From positions 1 through 62,267 of the IMG/VR virus record IMGVR_UViG_3300023210_000034: 62,267 nt of DNA. The stretch is one strand, 5' to 3'. The translations under genes were made by a program, and so were the position numbers. The notes beneath the pieces are model-generated. The model did not search any database. It was not told where the DNA came from and was given only the letters and a program-made list of their open reading frames with translations. The DNA comes from a virus. Taxonomy: Duplodnaviria > Caudoviricetes. Numbering within the stretch: position 1 is the stretch's first letter; every line of letters begins with the position of its first letter. This document shows positions 1 through 9,480 of this stretch, in pieces.

Positions 1-1
1 C

Positions 2-94
2 ACCGGCAACCCGCCCACCACCTACAAACTACATTCCACGGCTAACGGGACATACATTATCAAGGACAGCAATGGGAAAAGCAAAAAAAGATAA
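2..94 (+). CDS. 3' end of a small hypothetical protein (truncated by window start)
   Basis: Open frame TGNPPTTYKLHSTANGTYIIKDSNGKSKKR* overlapping the next ATG, like the other coupled mini-genes. Confidence 0.5.
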   Translation, partial: TGNPPTTYKLHSTANGTYIIKDSNGKSKKR

Positions 95-329
95 GGCAAG
101 ACAAAGACGGAGCCACTATTCTTCGCCGATGCCCATCAGAACGCATTACAAAGGCGTGATGATACCGGACCGTAGACTATTGCCCCGACTTCGGGTAACA
201 ACAGCCGGTCAAATGGCTAGAGATATAGCAGGAATACAGCCAATGACAGGGTTCGTAGCAAGCGCACATACAATAAGAGTACGACATGGGACAATGAGAG
301 TACGACATGGGAAAACATCAAAAAGATAA
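72..329 (+). CDS. MGK-leader mini-protein carrying a major capsid protein (gp23) N-terminal/Gol-region-like fragment
   Basis: VMIPDRRLLPRL...MARDIAGIQPMTGFVASAHTIRVRHG resembles T4 gp23 VMGMVRRAIPNLIAFDICGVQPMNSPTGQVFALRAVYG (recalled); AAGGA upstream. Confidence 0.75.
   Translation: MGKAKKDKARQRRSHYSSPMPIRTHYKGVMIPDRRLLPRLRVTTAGQMARDIAGIQPMTGFVASAHTIRVRHGTMRVRHGKTSKR
270..311 (+). repeat. 21-bp tandem near-perfect duplication
   Basis: ACAATAAGAGTACGACATGGG / ACAATGAGAGTACGACATGGG; the second copy supplies the ATG of the next gene. Confidence 0.9.
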
Positions 330-561
330 AGCAAGACAACGTGGGTTCTACGACGCCTACAAGAGATATTGTGATAACCCACGGGTCTGGACACGTATCA
401 ATGCACTGAAAACGGAATACGCTGGTGGGAATGCGAAGGACGCCGCATTCTTTTATGCGCCGTATGTTCCCTTACAGATGAAAATGTCACGTGGTTCTAA
501 ACAACCGCCAACCACATTCAATACTCGGTACGGAAAGGTGACGATCAATGGGGAAACATAG
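307..561 (+). CDS. MGK-leader mini-protein carrying a major capsid protein (gp23) C-terminal-like fragment
   Basis: EYAGGNAKDAAFFYAPYVPLQM...QPPTTFNTRYG resembles T4 gp23 GYKGPNEMDAGIYYAPYVAL...QPVMGFKTRYG (recalled). Confidence 0.8.
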   Translation: MGKHQKDKARQRGFYDAYKRYCDNPRVWTRINALKTEYAGGNAKDAAFFYAPYVPLQMKMSRGSKQPPTTFNTRYGKVTINGET

Positions 562-796
562 AACAGATAAACGTCGCCAACAAAGAAATCAAAAATGGAA
601 CATGACAGCGAAGAAGACAAGAAAGCCCGGTGGATGGAAGAAATACTTCACGAATTACAAGTCGAATAAATCATACCTCGATCTCAACCGCAGTGGGTAC
701 TCGTGGGGCAACACCAGAAATCTAACAGCTTCCGTGTGGATTAACACATCAGCGACTGTTGATCGTTCGACTAAACCCAAGAAGATATCAAGATGA
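548..796 (+). CDS. MGK-leader basic mini-protein
   Basis: Starts MGKHRTDKRRQQR, paralogous leader; coupled to neighbours. Confidence 0.7.
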   Translation: MGKHRTDKRRQQRNQKWNMTAKKTRKPGGWKKYFTNYKSNKSYLDLNRSGYSWGNTRNLTASVWINTSATVDRSTKPKKISR

Positions 797-1038
797 AACC
801 GGGCAAATATCTAGTGATCGATAAGGACACAACCAGTACCAAAGGACTGATGTATCATTCTTTAAGGCTCACATACCGCAAGGGCAAGTCACCACTTGTC
901 AAGATAACCAAACAAGAACCTAGATTCAGAACCAGATATGATGCACGGAAATTTATTGAGGAACAATCAACACCAGACGTAATGAGGTCCGGAAACCTAA
1001 CTGATCCCCCAAGCTTCAGGATAGTGAAAGATGGGTAA
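793..1038 (+). CDS. Small basic protein, KxGKY-I / RFRxxxDA family member 1
   Basis: MKPGKYLVI...RFRTRYDAR...FRIVK shares motifs with ORFs at 2054-3072. Confidence 0.7.
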   Translation: MKPGKYLVIDKDTTSTKGLMYHSLRLTYRKGKSPLVKITKQEPRFRTRYDARKFIEEQSTPDVMRSGNLTDPPSFRIVKDG

Positions 1039-1201
1039 GCAACTAAAAGATAACGCAAGGCAAGAACGACACATGCTGAAACGTCGTTCTGGACTTGGGC
1101 CAGTGAAATCATTCACCATATTCGGAAGAGGGAGTGGCAAAATCACCTATCACGAATCGGTGAAACATAGAGGAAAACATGTCTACTTTAAACAAACGTA
1201 A
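1031..1201 (+). CDS. MGK-leader basic mini-protein (56 aa, not in ORF track)
   Basis: Hand translation MGKQLKDNARQERHMLKRRSGLGPVKSFTIFGRGSGKITYHESVKHRGKHVYFKQT*. Confidence 0.7.
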   Translation: MGKQLKDNARQERHMLKRRSGLGPVKSFTIFGRGSGKITYHESVKHRGKHVYFKQT

Positions 1202-2057
1202 GCGCGGATACTTAACCTTCGCAATCAATAACGAGAAACAAGATTACGTGAGACTAGCATACGGTCTCGCATTAAGTCTACGGTTGTCTCAACAAGAAAC
1301 TCCATACCTCAGTGTCGTGGTCACCGATCCAGATGACATGCCTGAGAAGTACAAAAAGGTATTCGATAACGTCATCCAAAACCCATGGGGTGATGATGAT
1401 TGGGATCGTGAATGGAAACTCCGTAACGAATGGAAATCCATGCACCTTACACCATACGAGGAAACAATCAAGACAGAAGCAGACATGCTGTACTTCGATG
1501 AAATGGAGCCATTGATCGATCATATCGCAGACCGCCAAGACGTGGCTATCTGTGACAACGTACGAACATTCCAAGACCAAGTGGCAGACATGACATTCTA
1601 TCGCAAAACATTCGTGAACAACAACTTGTATAATGCATACAGTGCGATGTCCTACTTTAAACAAGGCGATGAGTCTTGGAAGTTCTTTGAACTTATCAAA
1701 GAGATCGCAGACAATTGGTCAGAATACAGCTATGAATTCCTCCGCAAATACAGACAGCAAGAGTTCAGCACCGATGTAGCATACGGCCTAGCAGTCAGAC
1801 TACTCGATAAGAAGCGTGAGTACAAGCCATGCATTGAAGGCTTCAACTTCGTTCACATGAAGATGTTAGCACAACTGATGCCAGAACCCAATACCCATTT
1901 TGATGATGATTGGGACTTATGGCTAGACAACAGAATGAATGATAACTGTGAACTGTTCGTAAACAACTATTACATCAGCCGACCATTCCATTATCATGTG
2001 AAGGATTGGTTGACAGATGAGATCATTGAGCAGTACGAGGCAAAGCTAGGGTTATGA
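1179..2057 (+). CDS. Glycosyltransferase-like protein (GT-A/GT8-like)
   Basis: RGYLTFA...DYVRLAYGLALSL, TPYEETIKTEADM (DxD-like), STDVAY, FVHMK, PFHYHVK motifs; GAGG RBS. Confidence 0.65.
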   Translation: MSTLNKRKRGYLTFAINNEKQDYVRLAYGLALSLRLSQQETPYLSVVVTDPDDMPEKYKKVFDNVIQNPWGDDDWDREWKLRNEWKSMHLTPYEETIKTEADMLYFDEMEPLIDHIADRQDVAICDNVRTFQDQVADMTFYRKTFVNNNLYNAYSAMSYFKQGDESWKFFELIKEIADNWSEYSYEFLRKYRQQEFSTDVAYGLAVRLLDKKREYKPCIEGFNFVHMKMLAQLMPEPNTHFDDDWDLWLDNRMNDNCELFVNNYYISRPFHYHVKDWLTDEIIEQYEAKLGL

Positions 2058-2272
2058 GACCCCCGCGATATCACATAGCATTCCTAACGGTTAAAATGAA
2101 AACAGTGGACAGTGATCAGGGAACATGGACATATCCAGTCTTGCACGATTATTATGTCATATCTGGCGCAAGCTTTCGATTCAAACGAGATGCTACTCGG
2201 GCATTGAAGGATTATTCACACGCGGACACGGTATATTTTGTGGTAGATTGTAAAGGGAAGTTGGGATTATGA
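2054..2272 (+). CDS. Small basic protein, RFKRDA family member 2
   Basis: MRPPRYHI...SFRFKRDA...YFVVD; ATGA overlap. Confidence 0.7.
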   Translation: MRPPRYHIAFLTVKMKTVDSDQGTWTYPVLHDYYVISGASFRFKRDATRALKDYSHADTVYFVVDCKGKLGL

Positions 2273-2454
2273 GAAGACCAAAGTGGTGTATAAAGTATCA
2301 CAACAGTGATCCTACTAAATGGTATGTTCTTTCTGCCACGTACAGATTTAAACGTGATGCTGAAATTGATGCCAGAGAAAGACGCCAACATTGTATGATA
2401 CGTAAGGGCCATCACAAGTTTTATGTGGAGAAGGTGCCTTATGCGAAAAGGTAG
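2269..2454 (+). CDS. Small basic protein, RFKRDA family member 3
   Basis: MRRPKWCI...YRFKRDA...FYVEKVPYAKR. Confidence 0.7.
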   Translation: MRRPKWCIKYHNSDPTKWYVLSATYRFKRDAEIDARERRQHCMIRKGHHKFYVEKVPYAKR

Positions 2455-2668
2455 ATACGTGATCAAATTCCGAAGAGCACCAGACCACGGAGAAGACCCA
2501 TCCGAATGGGGTTACTATGGTGGCTACAAAAATGGCCCCGGCTGTTTCCGATTTCGCTTGGCTATCGATGCACGTAACCAATTGGATCACCTGTTAGCAA
2601 GCGTGGGATTTCCGGTATTTGATGGATACGAATTTTATATAGAAAAGATGCCTCATGAAAAAAGGTAA
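2441..2668 (+). CDS. Small basic protein, RFKRDA family member 4
   Basis: MRKGRYVI...FRFRLAIDA...FYIEKMPHEKR; start moved to 2441 by paralog alignment and RBS. Confidence 0.7.
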   Translation: MRKGRYVIKFRRAPDHGEDPSEWGYYGGYKNGPGCFRFRLAIDARNQLDHLLASVGFPVFDGYEFYIEKMPHEKR

Positions 2669-2858
2669 GTACATCATCAAAATCTTGAGCCATCAGATCA
2701 ATCCGCATACCTTTGAGCCTGAACGTGTGTGGATATATCATGGCCACTTTAGATTCAAGAGACCAGCAGAGAATTACGCACGTAACATCAACAGAAGAAA
2801 GTCTCCCCCGCCACACAATGTCGCATACATAGAGAAGTTACCACATGCGAGAAGGTAA
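2655..2858 (+). CDS. Small basic protein, RFKRDA family member 5
   Basis: MKKGKYII...FRFKRPA...YIEKLPHARR. Confidence 0.7.
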   Translation: MKKGKYIIKILSHQINPHTFEPERVWIYHGHFRFKRPAENYARNINRRKSPPPHNVAYIEKLPHARR

Positions 2859-3072
2859 GTACATCATCAGATATCACGATAAGCGGCCCGCCCGGAAGCC
2901 AGCAGACCCCACGTGGGGAATAGTATCTTCGCAGAATGGCCGACCCTATACTTACAAAGTTAAGTCTTTTCGGTTCAAGCGCGAAGCACAAGACTATATA
3001 CAAGAGAAATATAATATGTACACACAGGCCAATGAAATCCATTTCTATATTGTAAGGCACAAAAATGTTTGA
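2845..3072 (+). CDS. Small basic protein, RFKRDA family member 6
   Basis: MREGKYII...FRFKREA...FYIVRHK. Confidence 0.7.
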   Translation: MREGKYIIRYHDKRPARKPADPTWGIVSSQNGRPYTYKVKSFRFKREAQDYIQEKYNMYTQANEIHFYIVRHKNV

Positions 3073-3634
3073 CGAAGACTACACTTTTAGGGTATACTAT
3101 AACCAAGTGGGCGATATACATGCATGCTCATCTGAATCCAAACCAGATGAAAGCCTGAATGATATCCCATTTTTAGAAACAACGGAGTACGAATACAGGG
3201 ACGTTATCGCAGCACAACAAAATTACGGCGTAATCTCAATCAATGATGTGCCAACACTAGTTGCGGCAACCACCGACGAATACAAAGCATTCAGAAGGAA
3301 GTTCGATAAACAAAACATAACACTGATACCTGTGATCGACAAACAACGAGAACACTACGTGGTGAAGTTCACATACATGAAGAACCGCAACAAAGTACTC
3401 GTTGAGGGCATGGACGATTTCTACAAACGTGCAGGTAATAGAGATGCAGTCGTATGGGTGTTCGTTGTCCCAAGGAACTATATCTATGAGCCACCATTAC
3501 TCACATTGAAATGGATCGGCGGCGATGTAGTCATGAATAAAGAGTTATACGAGATTCCAGCAGGAGTCAATCAGGAGATCACATTGATCAGTAACATAGA
3601 TAAACATCTAACGTCGTTCGAGGTAAGGAAATGA
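3065..3634 (+). CDS. Hypothetical protein coupled to glycosyltransferase
   Basis: 189-aa ORF overlapping both neighbours, typical codon usage. Confidence 0.7.
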   Translation: MFDEDYTFRVYYNQVGDIHACSSESKPDESLNDIPFLETTEYEYRDVIAAQQNYGVISINDVPTLVAATTDEYKAFRRKFDKQNITLIPVIDKQREHYVVKFTYMKNRNKVLVEGMDDFYKRAGNRDAVVWVFVVPRNYIYEPPLLTLKWIGGDVVMNKELYEIPAGVNQEITLISNIDKHLTSFEVRK

Positions 3635-4593
3635 AGCAAGAGTACAATATATCGGACTTTTCTGTTGTGTACATCTCATACGATGAACCAAACTGTGAGA
3701 AACATTGGGCCGATCTCCTAGAGAAAAACCCAGCAGCTAAACGTGTCCACCATGTCAAAGGATTCGACGCAGCCCATAGAGCAGCAGGGGAAGCAGGAAC
3801 AACCGACCGTATCATCACAGTAGACGCAGACAACATCATCCATCCAGAGTTCATGCTACAAAAGGTAATGATCGATGATGAACTACATCACGATTACGTG
3901 TACAGTTGGAAAGGTCTGAACATGGTCAATGGTCTATCGTATGGCAACGGTGGACTGAAACTATGGCCACGCGATGAACTCCTGAACATGGCATCACATG
4001 AACTGGCCGAAGATGGTAACGGCGTGGACTTCTGTTGGATGCCCACGTACGTACAAATGGCAAGCATATGGTCAGATGTATACGTGAATGGCTCACCCTT
4101 CCAAGCATTCCGCGCAGGGTATCGCGAAGGCGTGAAGATGAGTCTACACAATGGCGATAAGGTTGACAAGTGGAAGTTCTATGAAAAGAATGCAAGAGCG
4201 AACCTCGAACGATTAAGCATCTGGTGCTCAGTGGGACGAGATATCCTACACGGTAACTACGCTATGATTGGAGCAAGGATGGGTGCCGTGAAAGCATTCG
4301 ATCCAGAGTTCGAACCATCAAGCGTAGCTGAGTTCGATTACTTCGACACAGTATGGGACCAGCATAGAGCTATCTTCAATGACCCCCACACACTCAAGAG
4401 ATTCATGCTCAGACTTAATGAAGAGATCAATGATCTAATGCAGCTACGTGTCGCTGAACTCGATGAACAACAATCAGCGTGGTTCAAGTCAGTACACTTC
4501 GACAACAAGGCAAAGTACAGCATCATGGTAACAGAACAAGAAGCAGCAGGATTGGAACTCAAGAGAATGTTCGAGGACAGTACAGTAATATGA
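3631..4593 (+). CDS. GT-A fold glycosyltransferase-like protein (paralog 1)
   Basis: VYISYDEPN, VKGFDAAH, VDAD (DxD), YGNGGLK, PFQAFRAGYRE; paralogous to 14362 and 15312. Confidence 0.7.
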   Translation: MKQEYNISDFSVVYISYDEPNCEKHWADLLEKNPAAKRVHHVKGFDAAHRAAGEAGTTDRIITVDADNIIHPEFMLQKVMIDDELHHDYVYSWKGLNMVNGLSYGNGGLKLWPRDELLNMASHELAEDGNGVDFCWMPTYVQMASIWSDVYVNGSPFQAFRAGYREGVKMSLHNGDKVDKWKFYEKNARANLERLSIWCSVGRDILHGNYAMIGARMGAVKAFDPEFEPSSVAEFDYFDTVWDQHRAIFNDPHTLKRFMLRLNEEINDLMQLRVAELDEQQSAWFKSVHFDNKAKYSIMVTEQEAAGLELKRMFEDSTVI

Positions 4594-4787
4594 CCGATGA
4601 AGAACTACTCAAGACAATACGAATGACGCACAGCAATCCTTGTGTGATGTGCAAGCATCAAGCCCCTGACGACGAACCGGGATGGAATTCCAGACCGGGT
4701 GACCGTTGCCACCTTCACTATCACCGTGACATGGCCAATTGTATAGACATAAATTACAAAGACTTTGAAATGAAAACAAATGACTGA
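4590..4787 (+). CDS. Small Cys-rich protein (TDEEL...CxxC...C...C family)
   Basis: MTDEELL...CVMC...RC...NCIDINY; paralogs at 20601 and 20770; true start is the ATGA overlap at 4590. Confidence 0.7.
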   Translation: MTDEELLKTIRMTHSNPCVMCKHQAPDDEPGWNSRPGDRCHLHYHRDMANCIDINYKDFEMKTND

Positions 4788-5037
4788 AAAAACAAAAGTT
4801 GAATATTTTAGCGACGATTCCCTGTTCATGATAACGCACACAAAGAACGGCAAACGTCACAGTATCAAAGGCCCAGCGCAGTCCGAATGGTGGCGAACGG
4901 GGCAAATGGCAACTCGTTCATATTATGTCAATGATAGGTTACATAGGGTAGATGGCCCAGCATATATTCAGTGGCATCAAGATGGAACACTATGGCATGA
5001 AGACTATTATTTGAATGGTGAGAAACAAAATGACTGA
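4780..5037 (+). CDS. MORN-variant/YwqK-like repeat protein
   Basis: KRHSIKGPA and RLHRVDGPA...YYLNG repeats. Confidence 0.75.
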   Translation: MTEKTKVEYFSDDSLFMITHTKNGKRHSIKGPAQSEWWRTGQMATRSYYVNDRLHRVDGPAYIQWHQDGTLWHEDYYLNGEKQND

Positions 5038-6487
5038 AAAATCACAGAACCAATTGAACATCGAGAACATGCAAACACGCATGGACAAGGTAGAACAATC
5101 ATCATGTACTATGTGCACGGCTAAATGGTTGCAAACTACCCTGTATCTTATGAACGGAATGAACCACTCATGTCACCATCCAGTGGCACACAAAATTCCA
5201 CCAGAAGAACTCAAGGATAATCCAACCGCACTACACAACACAAAGTTCAAGAAAGAACAACGACAGCTAATGCTCGACGGTGAACGACCACCAGAATGCG
5301 AATACTGCTGGAACATCGAAGACCTAAAGGGAGACCATATCAGTGATCGTACCTATAAGTCAACCGATGAACAATGGAGCATGCCATACCTCGATAAGAT
5401 CATGGAAGCTAAAGCAACAGGTAACATCAACCCAAGCTATCTTGAAGTCGCATTCGAAAACACATGTAACTTCAAATGTGCGTACTGCTCACCAGAAGTG
5501 TCATCCAAATGGATGGAAGAAATAAAACAACATGGTCCATACACAACCTCGTGGTTGACAGGGAGCCTGACTTGGTTACAAGACTCAGGAAGAATGCCAC
5601 TACCAAACCGCGAAGACAATGTGTACGTGGATGCCTTTTGGGAATGGTGGCCCGACCTATACCAAGACCTGAACACATTCCGTATCACTGGTGGCGAACC
5701 ACTACTAAGCAAAAACACATGGAAGGTGCTTGAGTACATAAAAGAGAACCCACGTGAAGACTTCAATCTTGCCATCAATACCAACCTTGATGTTCCCGAA
5801 GAGTTCATTAATAAACTGATCCAGTATCATAACGATATCGCACCACATATCAATAGCTTCGAAATATATACATCATGTGAAGCCAAGGGCGATGCCGCTG
5901 AGTATATCCGCTATGGTATGGACTACACTCGATTCATGAAGAACGTTCATCGGGTACTAGCGAACACCGAAGCACGTGTGAACTTCATGATAACCTTCAA
6001 TGTGTTGAGCCTAGGCACCTTCCAAGACTTCTTGAAAGATATCTGGAACCTTAGATCATACTACAACGAATCAGACGCAATGAACCGTATCCCAATGATG
6101 ATCTCATATCTGCGCTGGCCACCGTTCCTGAACGCACAACTAGCAACAGATTACATAAAAGATATCTTCATACACCACATCAATGAATTCATTGATGCTC
6201 ATATGCGTGACACAAGCCCAACTGATAAAGCCAGATTCTATCTGGAAGAAAAAGATCAGATCGATAGGCTATGTGAATACCTCAGAGATCGTCCAGAGAC
6301 AAATGCACGAGATCAAACCGATCTAGTCACATTCGTGAAAGAATACGACAAACGTAGAGGAACTGATTTCGCAACAACGTTTCCCGAACACGATAAACTA
6401 ATACAGTGGTCATACCCACAACAAGGATACCACGATAATGATTGGGATCAGGGAGATGGAGATATAGCACATGTCACACCAATTTAG
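5030..6487 (+). CDS. Radical SAM protein with N-terminal Cys-rich (twitch-like) domain
   Basis: CNFKCAYC (CxxxCxxC), ITGGEPLL, NTN; N-terminal C..KW...HSCHH...ECEYCW. Confidence 0.9.
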   Translation: MTEKSQNQLNIENMQTRMDKVEQSSCTMCTAKWLQTTLYLMNGMNHSCHHPVAHKIPPEELKDNPTALHNTKFKKEQRQLMLDGERPPECEYCWNIEDLKGDHISDRTYKSTDEQWSMPYLDKIMEAKATGNINPSYLEVAFENTCNFKCAYCSPEVSSKWMEEIKQHGPYTTSWLTGSLTWLQDSGRMPLPNREDNVYVDAFWEWWPDLYQDLNTFRITGGEPLLSKNTWKVLEYIKENPREDFNLAINTNLDVPEEFINKLIQYHNDIAPHINSFEIYTSCEAKGDAAEYIRYGMDYTRFMKNVHRVLANTEARVNFMITFNVLSLGTFQDFLKDIWNLRSYYNESDAMNRIPMMISYLRWPPFLNAQLATDYIKDIFIHHINEFIDAHMRDTSPTDKARFYLEEKDQIDRLCEYLRDRPETNARDQTDLVTFVKEYDKRRGTDFATTFPEHDKLIQWSYPQQGYHDNDWDQGDGDIAHVTPI

Positions 6488-8012
6488 ACTACAAGAAAAC
6501 GGAGACCCCTTTCACGAGGAAGATAACGTTCTTACCATGAAAGACTTCCTGAATGATACAGGTTGTGGGATGTGTCTTGCCAAATGGACACAGGTAACCA
6601 TGCATCTAGGTACGGGACACACTCATTCATGCCATCACCCCGCAGCACATAAAATACCACTGGAAGAAATTCAAGCAAACCCTGCAGCATTACATAACAC
6701 AGAGTTCAAGAAAGAACAACGTAAATTAATGCTGAACGATAAGAAGCCAGACGAGTGTGACTATTGCTGGCGCATCGAAGACGCCAATGAACTCAGTGAT
6801 CGATACCATAAATCATTGGACTCATTCAGCTTCAACAATCGCAATGAGATCATTAAACTGGATGGCGATGAAGACGTGTACCCATCATATGTAGAGGTAA
6901 GCTTCTCTAACGTATGTAACTTCAAGTGCGGGTACTGTAGCCCTCAATATAGCTCAACATGGACCGAAGAGATCAATCAACATGGTCCGTATAAACTATC
7001 ATCAGATGGCTTCGAATTCAATGGCCTTGATCCAGATAAAACAAACATCCCAAACAATCAAGAGAACCCATACAAAGACGCTTGGTGGGAATGGTTCCCC
7101 GAAGCATACAAGCACATGAAGGTACTTCGCATCACTGGCGGCGAACCACTACTCAGCAAAGATACAATGAGAACCATTGACTTCCTCCTAGAGAACCCCA
7201 ATCCCGAACTGGACTTCGCGATCAACACAAACTTGTGTCCACCGCCCGAGCTATGGGAAGAGTTCAAGCTCAAGATATTCAGACTTACTGAACGTGGATG
7301 TGTGAAGAAGTTCACATTGTTCACAAGTATAGAGAATTGGGGAGCACGAGCCGAGTACAACAGATTTGGTATGGACTTCAACCAATTCCGTTCGAACTTC
7401 CATGAGTTCCTTGATGAAGTTCCACGTGCCAGAATAACCATCATGGCAGCGTTCAACATCATGAGCATCACATCATTCAAACGATTGCTGATGTGGGTGC
7501 TGGAACTGAAGAAGAAGTACAATCATAGCGCATACATGGAAGGTGTGTATGATCGCACCGGCATCAAATATACAGATAACTCCGAAACCCTGAACATCCG
7601 TCGAGAAGTCAACGGGTCCGGATACGACAGAGTGGGTATCGATATCCCATATGTTAGAGCACCACACTTCCTTGACGCTCATATCGCCACACCCGAACTT
7701 CTGGAAGAATACCTGTTGCCAGCCGTGGAATTCATGTACCAGAACCTCGGACACTCAGGATGGTCAGACAACCTTGGCTTCAATGTGCACGAAGCAGATA
7801 AACTAAAAAGAATCTTCACTGATCTATCCAACAAGATCACATACCATGGCAACTACCCCAAGGCGCAGGGCGTTGGCCAAGACCTCAATCGAGCACGGTT
7901 CTACAAATTTGTCGAAGAACACGATGCCCGTAGAGGTACAAACTTCTTAGAAGCGTTCCCCGAGATGGAAGACTTTTATAATATATGCAAAACAGAAAGC
8001 GATAACTATTAA
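6471..8012 (+). CDS. Radical SAM protein, tandem paralog of 5030-6487
   Basis: CNFKCGYC, ITGGEPLL, CLAKW...HSCHH...ECDYCW, C-terminal DARRGTNF. Confidence 0.9.
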   Translation: MSHQFRLQENGDPFHEEDNVLTMKDFLNDTGCGMCLAKWTQVTMHLGTGHTHSCHHPAAHKIPLEEIQANPAALHNTEFKKEQRKLMLNDKKPDECDYCWRIEDANELSDRYHKSLDSFSFNNRNEIIKLDGDEDVYPSYVEVSFSNVCNFKCGYCSPQYSSTWTEEINQHGPYKLSSDGFEFNGLDPDKTNIPNNQENPYKDAWWEWFPEAYKHMKVLRITGGEPLLSKDTMRTIDFLLENPNPELDFAINTNLCPPPELWEEFKLKIFRLTERGCVKKFTLFTSIENWGARAEYNRFGMDFNQFRSNFHEFLDEVPRARITIMAAFNIMSITSFKRLLMWVLELKKKYNHSAYMEGVYDRTGIKYTDNSETLNIRREVNGSGYDRVGIDIPYVRAPHFLDAHIATPELLEEYLLPAVEFMYQNLGHSGWSDNLGFNVHEADKLKRIFTDLSNKITYHGNYPKAQGVGQDLNRARFYKFVEEHDARRGTNFLEAFPEMEDFYNICKTESDNY

Positions 8013-8013
8013 C

Positions 8014-9480
8014 ATGTTCACAGAAAATGATATCAATTGGATTTACGAATACCATACTCCAGGTGGAGCATGGCCAAACGCTCAAGGATTCCCGAACTAC
8101 GGGGATAACCATTGGCTAGCACCACACTCCGGAATTACATACGTTCCAACACCACAAGATAGCGTGTTCATGCCACAACAGAATTTCGGACAATACCGAG
8201 ATAGCTTGTTCGAGTGTACGGAAAAAGGGGCAAACCCGAACACTAACCCGTTCAGCTTCATATATTATAAGCCGGGCAACATAAACAGTATGTCATGGCT
8301 GTACTCACAATGGAAACGTGGAGAACATCCACAATGGATATACCCCATTGATACGCTACATACTGACTTCTTCAAAATTGGTACCGACTACTTCGATACC
8401 ATGAAGCTAATCAACCCAAACATCATGCGATATATTCGTAGAACAGATGTGCCTAAATGCTACCTGATGTTCATGGTGGCGCTAGAAGGCGATGCCAGTG
8501 CTAATTACAATCACTGCCTGAACCGAATGGAAACATGGGCAAAACACAACAACATCCCTGCCGAGAAAATATTACTAGGAGATGGCAACGCTCGATTCAA
8601 TGAATCAATGGAAGAACCATCAACTGTTCGACATTTCTTTTATCATGGCACACAAACACAATCAATGTATTTCGCAGATGAATTGTCCAAACACTTGAAT
8701 TTGGGATTGAACATCAGAGATATCAATCTCACAGACGAACAACGACACGTGCTTACCGAATATCGACGCAAACAACGACCAACGCACAAGTATATCACAC
8801 TGAATAGAGCACCGAGAAGTCATAGATATGTATTAGTGTTCACCCTGATGGAACAACAAATGCAGGACGATGGGCTTATCAGCCTCGGATCAGATGTAGC
8901 AACCAACTTCGCAGGGCAACGATGTGATTGGTTCGATGATGACACCGCAGCCCGATATGAACAATGGTATAATACCACACATAAAGAGGGTCTGGAACTT
9001 GATTGTGACCTCAGTATCAATCGTGCCGCCGACTTCAACTTCGATCTATATAATCAAGCATACTATCAATTAGTTAGCGAAACATATTTCGAGGACGCAA
9101 ACTATGAAAATGCTAACAGCTTCATTTCAGAGAAAACATACAAACCTATCGCCAATCTTCAACCATTCGTGCTGTACAGCCCAGCCAAAACGTTGGCCGT
9201 TCTACACAAGCTCGGATATAAAACGTTTGACAAATGGTGGGACGAGAGCTATAATGATATCGAGGATGATCAAGAACGCCATTTAGCTATCATTGAACTG
9301 ACCAAAACACTGAACGCAATACCACTCGAAGAATGGCAACTGATGATCATGGATATGCTGCCAACATTGTTGCATAACTACGAACTGTTGTTGAATATTT
9401 TCGAATGGGAAAACACAGTGCTGTATAAACAAATGAAATCTCTACTACGAACCGGAAACATCATAGACTATCAACCATGA
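8014..9480 (+). CDS. Putative glycosyltransferase-like protein (GT10-like C-terminal motif)
   Basis: LNRAPRSHR, LVSETYF, FISEKTYKPI..LQPF, LGYKTFDKWWDESY, HNY motifs. Confidence 0.5.
   Translation: MFTENDINWIYEYHTPGGAWPNAQGFPNYGDNHWLAPHSGITYVPTPQDSVFMPQQNFGQYRDSLFECTEKGANPNTNPFSFIYYKPGNINSMSWLYSQWKRGEHPQWIYPIDTLHTDFFKIGTDYFDTMKLINPNIMRYIRRTDVPKCYLMFMVALEGDASANYNHCLNRMETWAKHNNIPAEKILLGDGNARFNESMEEPSTVRHFFYHGTQTQSMYFADELSKHLNLGLNIRDINLTDEQRHVLTEYRRKQRPTHKYITLNRAPRSHRYVLVFTLMEQQMQDDGLISLGSDVATNFAGQRCDWFDDDTAARYEQWYNTTHKEGLELDCDLSINRAADFNFDLYNQAYYQLVSETYFEDANYENANSFISEKTYKPIANLQPFVLYSPAKTLAVLHKLGYKTFDKWWDESYNDIEDDQERHLAIIELTKTLNAIPLEEWQLMIMDMLPTLLHNYELLLNIFEWENTVLYKQMKSLLRTGNIIDYQP

Noticed and set aside
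72-796. A single decayed major capsid pseudogene
   Set aside because: Segments that lie hundreds of residues apart in gp23 sit in separate intact ORFs, each with the same non-capsid leader and coupled start. This reading is disfavoured but not formally excluded.
72-3072. Diversity-generating retroelement as the source of mini-gene variation
   Set aside because: No reverse transcriptase in the window and no template/variable repeat pair with adenine-specific mismatches.
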